A stretch of DNA of 64,000 nt from Conexibacter sp. (GCA_036009645.1 DASYLH010000016.1:2165-66164), one strand, 5' to 3'; shown: positions 16,824 to 27,431, counted from the first letter of the stretch. Translations and numbers: made by a program. Notes: generated from the letters alone by a model not told the origin.

Positions 16824-18617
16824 GTGGTCTTGCTGATCCTCTTCGGCTTCCTGGCTGGCGCCGGCACGGCGCTGTCGCCCTGCGTGCTGCCCGTGCTGCC
16901 GATCGCGCTCAGCGCGGGGGCGACCGGCGGGCGGCGGCGGCCGCTGGGGATCGTCGTCGGCCTGACCGCATCGTTCACGTTCGCGACGGTCGCGCTCGTC
17001 TACGTGCTCGACGCGCTCGGGCTGCCGGACACGCTGCTGCGCACGCTCGCGATCGTCGTGCTGCTGGCGTTCGGTGTGACGTTGCTGATCCCGCCGCTCG
17101 CGGCACGGCTGGAGGGGCGGCTGAGCCGGATCGCCGGGACGCTGAGCCGCGGCGGAACGACCCGCGGCGGCGACGGCTTCCGCTCCGGCCTGCTCGTCGG
17201 CGCCTCGCTCGGGCTCGTCTACGCGCCGTGCGCCGGGCCGGTGCTGGCCGGCGTCATCACCGTCTCGGCCTCACAGCCGTTCACCGCCGGTCGCCTCGCC
17301 GTCGCGCTCGCGTACGGGGTCGGCTCTGCGGTCGTCCTCTACGTGCTGATGATCGGCGGGCGGCGGCTCACGGCGCCGCTCGCGAAGCGCAGCGGCGCGC
17401 TGCAGATGGCGATGGGCGCGGTGATGGTCGTCGTCGCGCTCGCGATGCTGAACGACTACGACCTGCGCTTCCAGAGTGCGATCGCGAAGGACCTGCCGGG
17501 CTTCCTCGTCAACCCGACCCAGAGCCTGGAGAAAACGTCGGCCGCACAGCGTGCGCTCGCCGACGTGCGCGGCCGCTCGACCTCGAAGCTCGCGGCCGCT
17601 GCAGACCAGCAGCCCGCCGCCGACGATGACGCCGGCACCGCCGCGCCCGCCCACGGTTCCGCCGCCGGCCGTCTGCACCTGAAGGACTACGGCCCCGCAC
17701 CCGACTTCACCGACACGCAGCAGTGGTTCAACACGGCGAACGGCAGACCGCTGACGATGGCGGACCTGCGCGGCAGAGTCGTGCTGATCGACTTCTGGAC
17801 CTACTCCTGCATCAACTGCCTGCGCACACTGCCGTACCTGAAGGCGTGGGACGCGCGCTACCGCTCGCAGGGGCTGACGATTATCGGCGTGCACTCGCCC
17901 GAGTTCCCGTTTGAGAAGGAGGCCGGGAACGTCGCCGCCGCGGTCAAGCGCGAGGGGATCCGCTACCCGGTCGTGCAGGACAACGACCTCGGCACGTGGG
18001 ACGCGTACGGCAACCAGTACTGGCCCGCGCACTACTTCATCGATGCGCGCGGGCACGTCCGCTACGCGCACTTCGGCGAGGGCGACTACGGGCACAGCGA
18101 GGCTGTCATCCGCGAGCTGCTCGCTGAGGCCGGCCGTCGCGTCGGGACTGCCCGCTCGCGTGCGCACGGCATCGCGGCCTCGGCCGGCGTGACGACGCCG
18201 GAGTCGTATCTCGGCTCGATGCGCGCTGAGCGTTTCGCGAACGGGGCTGTGTTGCCGGGTCGCCAGGACTTCGGTGACGTGCCCGCGCCCGCGGACGACA
18301 TGCTCGCGTACGGCGGCGTCTGGGACGTCGGGAAGGAGCACGCGAGCGCCGGCGCCGGCGCCGCGCTGGAGCTGCGCTTCGGCGCGCGCCGCGTCTTTCT
18401 CGTGCTCGGCTCGCCTGGTCAGCCGCGCCGCATGCGCGTGCTGCTCGACGGCAGGCCGATCCCCGACGCGCTCGCGGGCAGCGACGTCCATGGCGGCGTC
18501 GCGACGATCTCCTCGCAACGGCTGTATGACCTGGTCGAGCTGCCGACGGTCGGGCGGCACCTGCTGCGGCTGGAGCCCGATTCCGGAATCCAGGGCTATG
18601 CCTTCACGTTTGGCTGA
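16824..18617 (+). CDS. dipZ: DipZ (CcdA domain + thioredoxin domain + C-terminal beta domain)
   Basis: LSPCVLPVLP and YAPCAGPVLA CcdA cysteines; DFWTYSCINCLRTLP; GNQYWPAHY; TPESYLG. Confidence 0.9.
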   Translation: MVLLILFGFLAGAGTALSPCVLPVLPIALSAGATGGRRRPLGIVVGLTASFTFATVALVYVLDALGLPDTLLRTLAIVVLLAFGVTLLIPPLAARLEGRLSRIAGTLSRGGTTRGGDGFRSGLLVGASLGLVYAPCAGPVLAGVITVSASQPFTAGRLAVALAYGVGSAVVLYVLMIGGRRLTAPLAKRSGALQMAMGAVMVVVALAMLNDYDLRFQSAIAKDLPGFLVNPTQSLEKTSAAQRALADVRGRSTSKLAAAADQQPAADDDAGTAAPAHGSAAGRLHLKDYGPAPDFTDTQQWFNTANGRPLTMADLRGRVVLIDFWTYSCINCLRTLPYLKAWDARYRSQGLTIIGVHSPEFPFEKEAGNVAAAVKREGIRYPVVQDNDLGTWDAYGNQYWPAHYFIDARGHVRYAHFGEGDYGHSEAVIRELLAEAGRRVGTARSRAHGIAASAGVTTPESYLGSMRAERFANGAVLPGRQDFGDVPAPADDMLAYGGVWDVGKEHASAGAGAALELRFGARRVFLVLGSPGQPRRMRVLLDGRPIPDALAGSDVHGGVATISSQRLYDLVELPTVGRHLLRLEPDSGIQGYAFTFG

Positions 18618-18639
18618 TCCGACGCCCGGGGCGTCCGCG

Positions 18640-19365
18640 ATGATGGAGCCGATGCCCCAGGGATCCCGCGGGACGGTGCTCGTCGTGGACGACGAGCCGA
18701 CGATCGTCGAGGTCGTCTCGCGCTACCTCGCGCGCGCCGGTTTCGCGACGCGCGAGGCGTTCGACGGGCCGGGCGCGCTGGAGGCGGTGCGCGAGCACAG
18801 GCCGGACCTCGTCGTACTCGACGTGATGCTGCCCGGCTTCGACGGGATCGAGGCGATGCGGCGGCTGCACGAGTTGCCGGGCGAGCCGATCCCGGTGATC
18901 CTGCTGACCGCGCGCGCGGAGGAGTCCGACCGACTGATCGGCCTGCGCCGGGGCGCCGACGACTACGTCGTGAAGCCGTTCTCGCCGGCTGAGCTGGTCG
19001 CGCGCGTGGAGGCCGTGATGCGGCGCGCCGCGCGCCCGGCCGGCGCGACCGACGGCGCCGACCTCGAGCCGATCGTCCACGGCCCGCTGACGATCGACCA
19101 AGCCGCTCGCACGGTCACGCTCGGTGGTGAGGAGCTGCCGCTCACGCAGCGCGAGTACGAGTTGCTGCGTTTCCTCGCTGCGCGGCCCGGGCGCGTCTTC
19201 TCGCGCGACCAGCTGATGGAGGAGGTGTGGGGCTACGACTTCTACACCGACACCTCGACCGTGACGGTGCACGTGCGGCGGCTGCGCGCGAAGCTCGAGC
19301 CCGATCCCGCCCACCCGCGCTTCATCGAGACGGTGTGGGGCGTCGGCTACCGGTTCAGACCGTGA
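18640..19365 (+). CDS. OmpR-family response regulator
   Basis: [53 protein letters not shown]. Confidence 0.93.
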   Translation: MMEPMPQGSRGTVLVVDDEPTIVEVVSRYLARAGFATREAFDGPGALEAVREHRPDLVVLDVMLPGFDGIEAMRRLHELPGEPIPVILLTARAEESDRLIGLRRGADDYVVKPFSPAELVARVEAVMRRAARPAGATDGADLEPIVHGPLTIDQAARTVTLGGEELPLTQREYELLRFLAARPGRVFSRDQLMEEVWGYDFYTDTSTVTVHVRRLRAKLEPDPAHPRFIETVWGVGYRFRP

Positions 19366-20483
19366 GCGGCGCGGACGCAGTGGCGATGGAGAGCCGGGCG
19401 GTGCTGCGCTCGGCGCTGCTCGCGCTCGTCGCCTGCCTCGCCGGCGCGGGCGTCGTCGGCGCCGTCTACGGCCGGGACGGCGCGCGCACGACGTTCCTCC
19501 TGCTCGCCGCGATCGCGGTCGGCATGCTCGGTGCCGCGCACCTGGCGACGGCGCGGCGTGCGCGGGTCGGCTCGCTCTCGCGTCAGCTCACGCTCGGCGC
19601 GGCGCTCGCGGTCGGGACGGTGCTGGTGGCGGTGTGGGTCGGGGCGGAGACGATGTTCGTCTCGGCCCACGACGCGCTCGTGATCTCGGCGATGGCGGGC
19701 GTCTCCGGCGTGCTCGCGGTGCGCGCCGCGCAGTTGCTCGCGCAGGGCGTCATGCGCGACGTCGAGGCGATGCATCGCGAGGTCGACGAGGCACGCCGCC
19801 GCCTGATCGCCGCCGTCTCGCATGACTTGCGCACGCCGCTCGCCTCGCTGCGACTGCTGGTCGACGCGGTGGAGGACGGGGTTGCCACCGGCGAGACGCG
19901 CGCCCGCTACCTGCGCGAGATGCGCACGCACGTGGGGGCGCTGAGCGTGTTGATCGACGACCTGTTCGAGCTCTCGCGGCTGGAGGCGGGGGAGATCTCG
20001 TGGTCGATGCACCAGGTCGAGCTGGGGGAGCTGGTGAGCGAGACGGTCGCGGCGCTGCGCGCGCAGGCGGCCGAGCGCGGCGTGGCGGTCGCGGCGGACC
20101 TGCCCGACGGCGACGCCGGCCTGCTCGCCGCGCACGCGAACGCGGAGAAGGTTCAGCGGGTTCTCTTCAACCTGGTCGTCAACGCGATCCGCCACACGCC
20201 GGCGGACGGCAGCGTCGTCGTGCGCGCACGGCCGGCGGCGGGCGGGGCCGTGGAGGTCGAGGTGGTCGACGACGGTGCCGGCGTGCCGGCGGAAGAGCGC
20301 GAGCGCGTCTTCGAGCCGTTCTACCGCGGCGGCGAGGACGGCGCCGCGCGCTCGTCCGACGGCGCCGGCCTCGGGCTCGCGATCTCCCGCGCGATCGTGG
20401 AGGCGCACGGCGGCCGCATCTGGCTGGAGCCCGTCGAACCGCGCGGCACGCGCGTGCGCTTCACGCTGCCGGCGGCGGCGTAG
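19362..20483 (+). CDS. Sensor histidine kinase
   Basis: TM helices, [33 protein letters not shown]; GTGA overlap with regulator. Confidence 0.92.
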   Translation: MSGADAVAMESRAVLRSALLALVACLAGAGVVGAVYGRDGARTTFLLLAAIAVGMLGAAHLATARRARVGSLSRQLTLGAALAVGTVLVAVWVGAETMFVSAHDALVISAMAGVSGVLAVRAAQLLAQGVMRDVEAMHREVDEARRRLIAAVSHDLRTPLASLRLLVDAVEDGVATGETRARYLREMRTHVGALSVLIDDLFELSRLEAGEISWSMHQVELGELVSETVAALRAQAAERGVAVAADLPDGDAGLLAAHANAEKVQRVLFNLVVNAIRHTPADGSVVVRARPAAGGAVEVEVVDDGAGVPAEERERVFEPFYRGGEDGAARSSDGAGLGLAISRAIVEAHGGRIWLEPVEPRGTRVRFTLPAAA

Positions 20484-20586
20484 CCGAGCCGACTCGACAT
20501 TCGGTCGATCCGGCGCATTGCCGGCTGCTGCAGCTGGCATTGTGCACGCAACCGTTCATCGGACCGGACCGACGGGAGGACATCCG

Positions 20587-21444
20587 ATGGGAGCTTGCGC
20601 AAGCTGCACCGCCGAGGTGCATGAGGACGACGCGTTCTGCGGGGCATGTGGGGCGCCGCTGCGCCCACCGCCGCCGCAGGCACCTCCGCCTGAGCCCACT
20701 CCCGCCTCGACAGGGCCTCGGCGCGACTACGAGCGCAGCGTCGAGCACCTCGACCCGCTGGCCGCGCCGTACGCCGCGGCGGCGGCACGCCAGGCGATCT
20801 TCTACACCCTCGCCGCAGGCGTCCTCGGGCTGCTGGTGTTCCTGTTCGCTGGGACGGGCTCCGGCACCGGCACGGTCGTGGGCTTCCTCTGGATCGGCGC
20901 GTTCATCGCCTATCTGCTGACGCGCATTCCTGTCTCGCTCTCGGAGTGGAAGATGCTGATCGACGGGAGAGGGGAGCACGCCCAGGAGGTGTTCGGGCAC
21001 GTCGCGCACGTACTGCGCCGGCGGCAGGTCCCGGTCGACAGCATCAGGGTGCGACAGCTCTCTCAGCCTCAGCACCCGCGGCGCGACTACCTTCAGGTGC
21101 GCCACGGGATCCTGACCGGCTACGTGACCTGCTTCCCGTACGGCACCGACCTGTACATCGGCTGGACGCTGTGGTGGCGCTTCTCGCCGCTCCACTACGC
21201 ACTGATGATGGCGGGCCGGCGCTGGCAGATCCTCACCGGACGCGGGACCGAGCTGCACCTCCTCTACCGCTACGACGTGGCCAAGGCGATGCGCGAGGCG
21301 ATGCACGCCGCGACGGGGGAGGCGGTCGACGCCGCGCACGGGCTCCTGCCGCTGCAACCGCTGCCCGCCGACCTGCCCGTCGAGGTCGTGGAGGCCAAGC
21401 CACTGCTCGTCCCGGCGGATGCGCCGCCGCGAGGCGTTGCCTGA
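20587..21444 (+). CDS. Zinc-ribbon membrane protein
   Basis: N-terminal CASC..FCGACG, Pro-rich linker, two TM helices. Confidence 0.7.
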   Translation: MGACASCTAEVHEDDAFCGACGAPLRPPPPQAPPPEPTPASTGPRRDYERSVEHLDPLAAPYAAAAARQAIFYTLAAGVLGLLVFLFAGTGSGTGTVVGFLWIGAFIAYLLTRIPVSLSEWKMLIDGRGEHAQEVFGHVAHVLRRRQVPVDSIRVRQLSQPQHPRRDYLQVRHGILTGYVTCFPYGTDLYIGWTLWWRFSPLHYALMMAGRRWQILTGRGTELHLLYRYDVAKAMREAMHAATGEAVDAAHGLLPLQPLPADLPVEVVEAKPLLVPADAPPRGVA

Positions 21445-22235
21445 TGGACGCACGTGATAGCCACCTGACGTGCCCGGGATGCGGTCATGCGGCTCCCGCC
21501 GACAGGCGCTTCTGCTCCAGATGCGGTGCGCGGCTGTCCGCTCCGGAGCCGCCGGCCGCGCCGGTAGTGCCGCCGGCGTCTGAGCCCGAACCGGTGCCGC
21601 AGACGCAGCCGGAGCCGGCGCCCGCTGCGCAGCAGAAGCAGCAGCGTTGGGCGCTCGACACGCCCCCCGCGAACGAGAGCTGGTGGCGCAATCCGATCGT
21701 CGTCGTGGCAGCGGCCGTCTCCATTCTGTTCGGTGGCGGAGTCGCGAGCTGGCGCTTCTTCATCAGCACGGGCTCGGACATAGCTCCCGTGGTCAGGCTG
21801 CCCTCTGGGAGCGTGCCGGGTGCATCGACCACGAGCCCGCCGGTCGATGCGACGGAGCCACCCGTCGCAGACCCCGCGGACGAGGCCGCGACGGCGGCCG
21901 CGATCGGCAGGATCGTGCGACAGTCGGAGGCGGGCCGTCGCGCGCTGCGCCGGCTGGACTACGTCGCCGCGCTGCACAACCGGCGGCGGCTCGTGGCGGC
22001 GATGGACCGGCTCGACGTCCCTCCGCAGCCCGAGCAGCTGGCACGCGCGGCCGCGACGCTGCGGGCGGCGCTCGCTGCATCGGCACTGGCCGATGAGCGC
22101 CACATCTCCTGCGCGTGCGACGAGCGCCTCTCGCAGGACCTCAGAGCCCACGGGCTCAAGCACCGCTTCGCAGGCGAGTTCAACCCGTACGCGCGACGGT
22201 ATCTCGGGCATCCGGTGGATCCCGAGCGCATATGA
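21444..22235 (+). CDS. Zinc-ribbon single-pass membrane protein
   Basis: CPGCG..FCSRCG, Pro-rich linker, one TM helix, C-terminal CAC-containing domain. Confidence 0.7.
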   Translation: MDARDSHLTCPGCGHAAPADRRFCSRCGARLSAPEPPAAPVVPPASEPEPVPQTQPEPAPAAQQKQQRWALDTPPANESWWRNPIVVVAAAVSILFGGGVASWRFFISTGSDIAPVVRLPSGSVPGASTTSPPVDATEPPVADPADEAATAAAIGRIVRQSEAGRRALRRLDYVAALHNRRRLVAAMDRLDVPPQPEQLARAAATLRAALAASALADERHISCACDERLSQDLRAHGLKHRFAGEFNPYARRYLGHPVDPERI

Positions 22236-22990
22236 GGATTGCAGGCGCACGAACGGTCGCGAGCACGGCGGTGCTGTGCGCGGTGGCGGTACTGGGCGGT
22301 GCATGCGGTGGCGGGACGGTCGCCGCAAGCGTCGTGTCGTCGACGTCGCCGACCGCTCCAGTGCGCTCCATCCCCGCGACGCCGTCCCCGCATCGCCACG
22401 TCGCCCCGCCGGTCGAGAAGCCGGCCTTCCGCCACCGCTTCATCCCGATCACGGCGCAGCGGCGTCGCGAGACGTCGGCGTACGGGCAGCGCCACTACGG
22501 CCGCGCCGGCTGGACGATCGCACAGCCGCACGTGATCGTCGAGCACCTGACCGAGAACGATTCGATCGACGCGACCTTCAGCACGTTCGCGCCGGACGTG
22601 CCCGACGTCGAGCTGCACGAGCTGCCCGGCCTCTGCTCGCAGTTCGTGATCGCACGCAGCGGCGCGATCTATCAGTTCGCGCCGATCACGTTCATGTGCC
22701 GTCACACGGTCGGCCTGAACTGGACCGCGATCGGGATCGAGCACGTCGCGTATCGCGAGGACGACGTCTTCGCCCGCCGCGCCCAGCTCGACGCCTCCCT
22801 GCGCCTCACGCACTGGCTGCGCTGCCGCTATCGGATCCCGGTCCGCGACGTGATCGGCCACGCCGAGAGCCTCTCGTCGCCGTACCACCACGAGCGCATC
22901 GCCAGCCTGCGCACGCAGACGCACGCGGACTGGCAGCCGTCGCCGATGGGTCGCTACCGGGCGTTGCTGCGAGCGCGCGGCGGCTGCTGA
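22232..22990 (+). CDS. N-acetylmuramoyl-L-alanine amidase (Amidase_2), lipoprotein-like
   Basis: VIVEHLTE..CSQFVI..HTVGLNWTAIGIEH..VIGHAES; LGGAC lipobox-like. Confidence 0.85.
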   Translation: MRIAGARTVASTAVLCAVAVLGGACGGGTVAASVVSSTSPTAPVRSIPATPSPHRHVAPPVEKPAFRHRFIPITAQRRRETSAYGQRHYGRAGWTIAQPHVIVEHLTENDSIDATFSTFAPDVPDVELHELPGLCSQFVIARSGAIYQFAPITFMCRHTVGLNWTAIGIEHVAYREDDVFARRAQLDASLRLTHWLRCRYRIPVRDVIGHAESLSSPYHHERIASLRTQTHADWQPSPMGRYRALLRARGGC

Positions 22991-23157
22991 GCTTTGCGCC
23001 AGCGTCCGTTAACGACACGACCCGCCGCGGGGGCGGGATAACCGGCTGACAATCGGAGAACGGACTCTAGGAAGCGGCGGCGTGCCCGTGTACACAGCAT
23101 GCATTTGATCGAGTGAACCGGCGTTCTGCGCCGCAAAGGCATGGGATGCTCCCGCCC

Positions 23158-23688
23158 ATGACCCGTCGCCGCGCGCTGTGGATCCTCGGAATCGTGACGC
23201 TCGGCCTGTTCGCCGTGCTGCTCGCGCTCGACGGGTGGATGCAGGATGCGGGCAGCCATGGGATCGTCGCGTTCGAGGTCGCGTTCACGTCCGGCAAGGC
23301 GCAGGAGATCATCATCGCGTGGGGCTCGAAGGGGCACGACGCGGCGCAGCTGTCGCTGTGGATCGACTTCCTCTACCTGATCGCGTACGGCCTCTTCCTG
23401 TGGCTCGCGGTTCGCGCGCTCGGCGACGCGCTCCGCAACCGCGGCATGGACGGCTGGGCGCGGCCGGCAGCGACGATCTCGGTGCTGCCGCTGGTCATCG
23501 CCGGCGCCGATGCGGTCGAAGACATCTTCCTGCTGCTCGTGCTCGGCGGACACGCCAGCTCGATCGGCCCGCCGCTCGCCGGCAGCTTCGCGACGCTCAA
23601 GTTCGCCTGCCTCGCGGTCGTGGTCGTCTACCTGCTCGCAGGCCTGGTCGCACTCGCGCTCTCGCGCCGCAGCGCGCCTGCGCGATGA
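23158..23688 (+). CDS. Hypothetical membrane protein
   Basis: Four to five hydrophobic segments; SLWIDFLYLIAY..ADAVEDIFL. Confidence 0.75.
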   Translation: MTRRRALWILGIVTLGLFAVLLALDGWMQDAGSHGIVAFEVAFTSGKAQEIIIAWGSKGHDAAQLSLWIDFLYLIAYGLFLWLAVRALGDALRNRGMDGWARPAATISVLPLVIAGADAVEDIFLLLVLGGHASSIGPPLAGSFATLKFACLAVVVVYLLAGLVALALSRRSAPAR

Positions 23689-24539
23689 CCGGACCGCAGC
23701 GCTCCGAGATCTTCGCGCCCGGCCTGCTCGACGGGCAGGTCGCTCTGGTCACGGGCGGCGGGACCGGACTCGGCAAGGCGGCCGCGCACGAGCTGGCGCG
23801 TTGCGGAGCGTCGGTGGTGCTCGCCGGGCGCCGCGAGGAGGTGCTCGACGCGGCGGTTGTGGAGATCGGGCCGGCTGCGTCGACGGTCGTCGGCGACATC
23901 CGCGACGACGACTCGGCGACGGCGATCCTCGACACGGTGCTGGAGCGCCATCGCCGCCTCGACGTGCTCGTCAACAACGCGGGCGGCCAGTACTTCGTGC
24001 CGGCGGAGGCGATCGCGGCAAAGGGCTGGCAGGCGGTCTTCCGGCTGAACGTGGGCGGCACCACGCGCATGACGGAGCTGGTCGCCGAGCGGGTCATGAA
24101 GCCGGCGGGGCGGGGGACGATCCTCAACGTGACGCTCTCTCCGCACCACGGCCTCGCCGGGATGACGCACTCGAGCGCTGCGCGCGCCGCCGTCGAGGGG
24201 CTCACGCGCGCGTGGGCCTCGAAGTGGGCGGACGACGGCATCAGCGTGGTCGCGCTGGCTGCCGGCCACTTCGAGACGGAGGCGCTCGACAAGTACCCCG
24301 ACGTCGTGCGCGCCGGTGCGGCGCGGACGGTCCCGCTGCAGCGGCTCGGGCAGCCGATCGAGCACGCCTGGCTCGTCGCGCTGCTCGCCTCGCCGCTCGG
24401 GCGTTCCTTCAGCGGCTCGGTCGTGACGCTCGACGGCGCGCGCGACAACTGGTTCGGCCCGTGGCCGCCGCCGACGCTGGCGGACGCGGAGGGCGTCGTG
24501 CCGACGGAGGAGCGGCGCCCGGCGCCGCCCTCCGCCTGA
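23685..24539 (+). CDS. SDR-family oxidoreductase (2,4-dienoyl-CoA reductase-like)
   Basis: VTGGGTGLGKA, LVNNAGGQ, HSSAARAAV. Confidence 0.88.
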   Translation: MTGPQRSEIFAPGLLDGQVALVTGGGTGLGKAAAHELARCGASVVLAGRREEVLDAAVVEIGPAASTVVGDIRDDDSATAILDTVLERHRRLDVLVNNAGGQYFVPAEAIAAKGWQAVFRLNVGGTTRMTELVAERVMKPAGRGTILNVTLSPHHGLAGMTHSSAARAAVEGLTRAWASKWADDGISVVALAAGHFETEALDKYPDVVRAGAARTVPLQRLGQPIEHAWLVALLASPLGRSFSGSVVTLDGARDNWFGPWPPPTLADAEGVVPTEERRPAPPSA

Positions 24540-24554
24540 CGCGGTCGAGCTGCC

Positions 24555-24848
24555 TTAGCTGGCCGCGGCGGCGATCGCCGCGTTGACCTCGGCGACGAAC
24601 TGCTCCGCCTCGGTCTGCCGTTCCAGCGGGACCCACACGGCGAGCTGGAGGCGGTCGAAGTCTGTCCGGACCCGCTCCTCCTTCTTGCCGAACAGGCCGA
24701 GCGCCTTGCCCTTGTCGTGGCGCACGACTCTCCCGGGCGTCAGCTCCGAGAGCGGGAAGCGGGCCTCCTCGCCGCCCCAACGGAGGGCGGCGAGATGGTG
24801 GTCCTCCAGCACGAGCGCGCGGTCGTCACAGCCTTCGAGCTTTCTCAT
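24555..24848 (-). CDS. Hypothetical protein
   Basis: 97-aa ORF with protein-like composition, co-oriented downstream of the thiolase. Confidence 0.65.
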   Translation of the reverse strand: MRKLEGCDDRALVLEDHHLAALRWGGEEARFPLSELTPGRVVRHDKGKALGLFGKKEERVRTDFDRLQLAVWVPLERQTEAEQFVAEVNAAIAAAAS

Positions 24849-24881
24849 GGACGGACCCTAACCCGCGCGCGGGACGCCTTC

Positions 24882-26060
24882 TCAGCCGCGCCCCACCAGC
24901 ATCGCGATGCCCTGGCCGCCGCCGATGCAGAGCGTCACGAGGCCGAGCTCGTGGTCGCCCCGCTCCATCTCGGCGAGCAGCTTGACGGTGATCGCGGCGC
25001 CGGTCGCGGCTACGGGGTGACCGAGCGCGATCGCGCCGCCGTTGGGGTTGACCTTCGCCTCGTCGAGGCCGAGCTCGTCGATCACGGCGAGCGACTGTGC
25101 GGCGAACGCCTCGTTGAGCTCGATCACGCCGATCTCGTCGAGCGAGCGGCCGGCGCGCTCGAGCACCTTGCGCGTGGCGGGCACGGGGCCGATCCCCATG
25201 ATCTGCGGGTCGACACCGCACGACGCGTAGGCGAGGATCCGGCCGAGCACGGGGGCGCCGCGCTTCTCCGCCTCTGCGGCCGACATCAGCACGACCGCCG
25301 CGCCGGCGTCGTTGAGGCCCGAGGCGTTGCCGGCGGTGACGGTGCCGTCGCCTCTGAAGGCGGGGCGCAGCTTGCCCATCGCTGCCGCGTCGATCTCCGC
25401 GCGGATGTGCTCATCCTGCTCGAAGGCGACCGTGTCGCGCTTGACCTTGATGTCCACGGGGACGATCTGGTCCTTGAAGCGACCCTCCGCGCGGGCCTGC
25501 GCCGCACGGCGGTGCGACTCGACCGCGAACGCGTCCTGACGCTCACGCGAGATGTCGCCGCGCTCGGCGAGGCGCTCGGCCGTGATGCCCATGTGGTCCT
25601 TGTCGAACGGATCGGTGAGCGCACCAACGACCGCGTCCACGAGCGGCGCGTCGCCCATGCGCGCACCCCAGCGCGCGCCCGGCATCCAGTACTGGCCGCG
25701 GCTCATCGACTCCGCGCCGCCCGCGAGCGCGATCTCCGTCTCGCCGGTCTGGATCGTCTGGGCAGCCGAGACAATCGCCTGCACACCCGTACCGCACAGA
25801 CGGTTGACGGTGTACGCGGGCGTCTCCTTCGGGATCCCGGACTTCATGCCGACGACGCGCGCCATGTACATGTCGCCCGGCTCGGTGTGGATCACGTTGC
25901 CGAAGACAACGTGGCCCACGTCCGCGGCGTCGATCCGCGCACGCTCGATCGCTGCCTTCGACACGATCGCGCCGAGGTCGCTGGGGGCGGTGTCCTTGAG
26001 ACTGCGGCCGTACGAGCCGATGGCGGTACGGGCCGCGCCGGCGATCACGACGTCGGTCAT
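24882..26060 (-). CDS. bktB: Acetyl-CoA C-acyltransferase (beta-ketothiolase, BktB-like)
   Basis: TVNRLCGTG, NASGLNDAG, ELNEAFA, GGAIALGHPVAATG, LCIGGGQG. Confidence 0.9.
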   Translation of the reverse strand: MTDVVIAGAARTAIGSYGRSLKDTAPSDLGAIVSKAAIERARIDAADVGHVVFGNVIHTEPGDMYMARVVGMKSGIPKETPAYTVNRLCGTGVQAIVSAAQTIQTGETEIALAGGAESMSRGQYWMPGARWGARMGDAPLVDAVVGALTDPFDKDHMGITAERLAERGDISRERQDAFAVESHRRAAQARAEGRFKDQIVPVDIKVKRDTVAFEQDEHIRAEIDAAAMGKLRPAFRGDGTVTAGNASGLNDAGAAVVLMSAAEAEKRGAPVLGRILAYASCGVDPQIMGIGPVPATRKVLERAGRSLDEIGVIELNEAFAAQSLAVIDELGLDEAKVNPNGGAIALGHPVAATGAAITVKLLAEMERGDHELGLVTLCIGGGQGIAMLVGRG

Positions 26061-26162
26061 GCGTGTGTCGAGCTCCTCGGTGGCGGGCTGCTGGTGTGCG
26101 GCGGCGCCGAACGCTAACCCACGGCGGCAAGATGCGTGACGCTCCTCCTACAGTGGAGGGCG

Positions 26163-26666
26163 ATGAGCGACGAGCACCGCCGTCCATCCCAGGAGCGCGA
26201 GCTGGCCCCGGCCGAGCGCCTGCTGCGCGAGCGCACCGCGGACCTGCCGGGGATCGGCAAGCCGCTGACCGAGCGCGCGCGGATCGCGCAGAGGTCGGTC
26301 GAGTCCTACCTGCTGGGCGCGAACAACCCGCCGCGCTGGATGGAGCGGGTGGCGGAGATCGACCGTGCGCTGAAGCGGGAGCGGCGGATGCTGCGGACGG
26401 AGTGGCAGACGCTGCGGGCGCGGTTTGGGGCGGACGGGGACGGGTTCGCTTCGGCGTGGCATGCGTTCGCGGCCGCGCGCGGTGTCAGTCGCGAGTACCG
26501 CGAGCTGAACGAGCTGATCCGCGCGCACAATGAGTGGTACCCGGTCGAGCGGAACCTGCCGGTCAACCCGCGCACGGGCGAGTGGGTGACGGTTGGCGGC
26601 CGCTCGTTCCTGCGGCCGGTGGTCGGCACGGCGTGGGTGCTGCGGGAGTTCCCGGCAGAGGTCTGA
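26163..26666 (+). CDS. Hypothetical protein
   Basis: PPRWMERVAEI..HNEWYPVERNLPVNPRTG; compact ORF with plausible start. Confidence 0.7.
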   Translation: MSDEHRRPSQERELAPAERLLRERTADLPGIGKPLTERARIAQRSVESYLLGANNPPRWMERVAEIDRALKRERRMLRTEWQTLRARFGADGDGFASAWHAFAAARGVSREYRELNELIRAHNEWYPVERNLPVNPRTGEWVTVGGRSFLRPVVGTAWVLREFPAEV

Positions 26667-26679
26667 CCGGGACCGCGCC

Positions 26680-26970
26680 TCAGGACTTGCAGGCGGTCCC
26701 GTCGTGGTCGGAGTCGAGGCCGTAGTGGTCGGTGCCGACGACGCGGAACGGCCCGCGGACGTAGTAGGGGCCGTTACCGCTCCCGCCGGCGCAGTCGTAG
26801 TCGCTGACGTTGGGACGCAGGCAGCGGCCGCTGTAGTTGCGGTCGCAGTGGCGCTTGTTGGCGACGGTGGCGGTGGGGCCTGTGGGCGGCGCGGCGGTGG
26901 CGACGGTTGCGGCAGTTACGCCCACCGCGAGCACGGCGACGAGCAGAATCGGCAGCGACAGCTTGCGCAC
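26680..26970 (-). CDS. Small secreted Cys-rich protein with Excalibur-like Ca-binding motif
   Basis: Signal peptide; CDRNYSGRCL..DYDCAGG..DHYGLDSDHDGTAC. Confidence 0.75.
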   Translation of the reverse strand: MRKLSLPILLVAVLAVGVTAATVATAAPPTGPTATVANKRHCDRNYSGRCLRPNVSDYDCAGGSGNGPYYVRGPFRVVGTDHYGLDSDHDGTACKS

Positions 26971-27129
26971 GGGACGGTCTCCTCGGGGGAGCGGGCACGA
27001 CCGGCGCCCCATGCGCCAACCCGCGGCAGCGACTCTACACCGGAAAGTAGGTTTAGAGTCGGACACCTCGGGTCGCCACGCCCCGCTCCCCGTCGAGACC
27101 GCGCCCCGAGTATCATCTGCCTCCAGCCT

Positions 27130-27200
27130 GCGGGCGAGGTGTTGTGGTTGCACAGGAGCCTTCCAAGCTTCTAGGGCGGGTTCGATTCCCGTCGCCCGCT
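27130..27200 (+). tRNA. tRNA-Gly (anticodon TCC)
   Basis: Acceptor stem GCGGGCG/CGCCCGC, anticodon arm GGAGC-CTTCCAA-GCTTC, T-loop TTCGATT; CCA not encoded. Confidence 0.95.
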
Positions 27201-27216
27201 CTGGCACATAGCACCA

Positions 27217-27290
27217 CGGGGAGTGGCGCAGTCTGGTAGCGCACCCGGCTGGGGGCCGGGCGGTCGCAGGTTCAAATCCTGTCTCCCCGA
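27217..27290 (+). tRNA. tRNA-Pro (anticodon GGG)
   Basis: Acceptor stem CGGGGAG/CTCCCCG, anticodon arm CCCGG-CTGGGGG-CCGGG, T-loop TTCAAAT. Confidence 0.95.
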
Positions 27291-27431
27291 CTACCAAGGT
27301 CTCTTTTGACCTTATGGCGTCAAGACCACGACCGCCGAGCAGCAGCACCTCCATTTAGGCGTCGGCGATCCTCGACACCGTGTCAAGCGCGAGCGTCCGC
27401 GCGCCAAGCCCTGGGTGCTAGCGTGGACCGC

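Noticed and set aside
27270-27300. tRNA-Pro 3' end as attL of an integrated element
   Set aside because: No second copy or integrase was seen by eye in the window; an exact search was not possible.
26971-27354. ORF 26680..27354 extension containing VVGETGFEPAT
   Set aside because: Translation of the antisense strand of the two tRNA genes.
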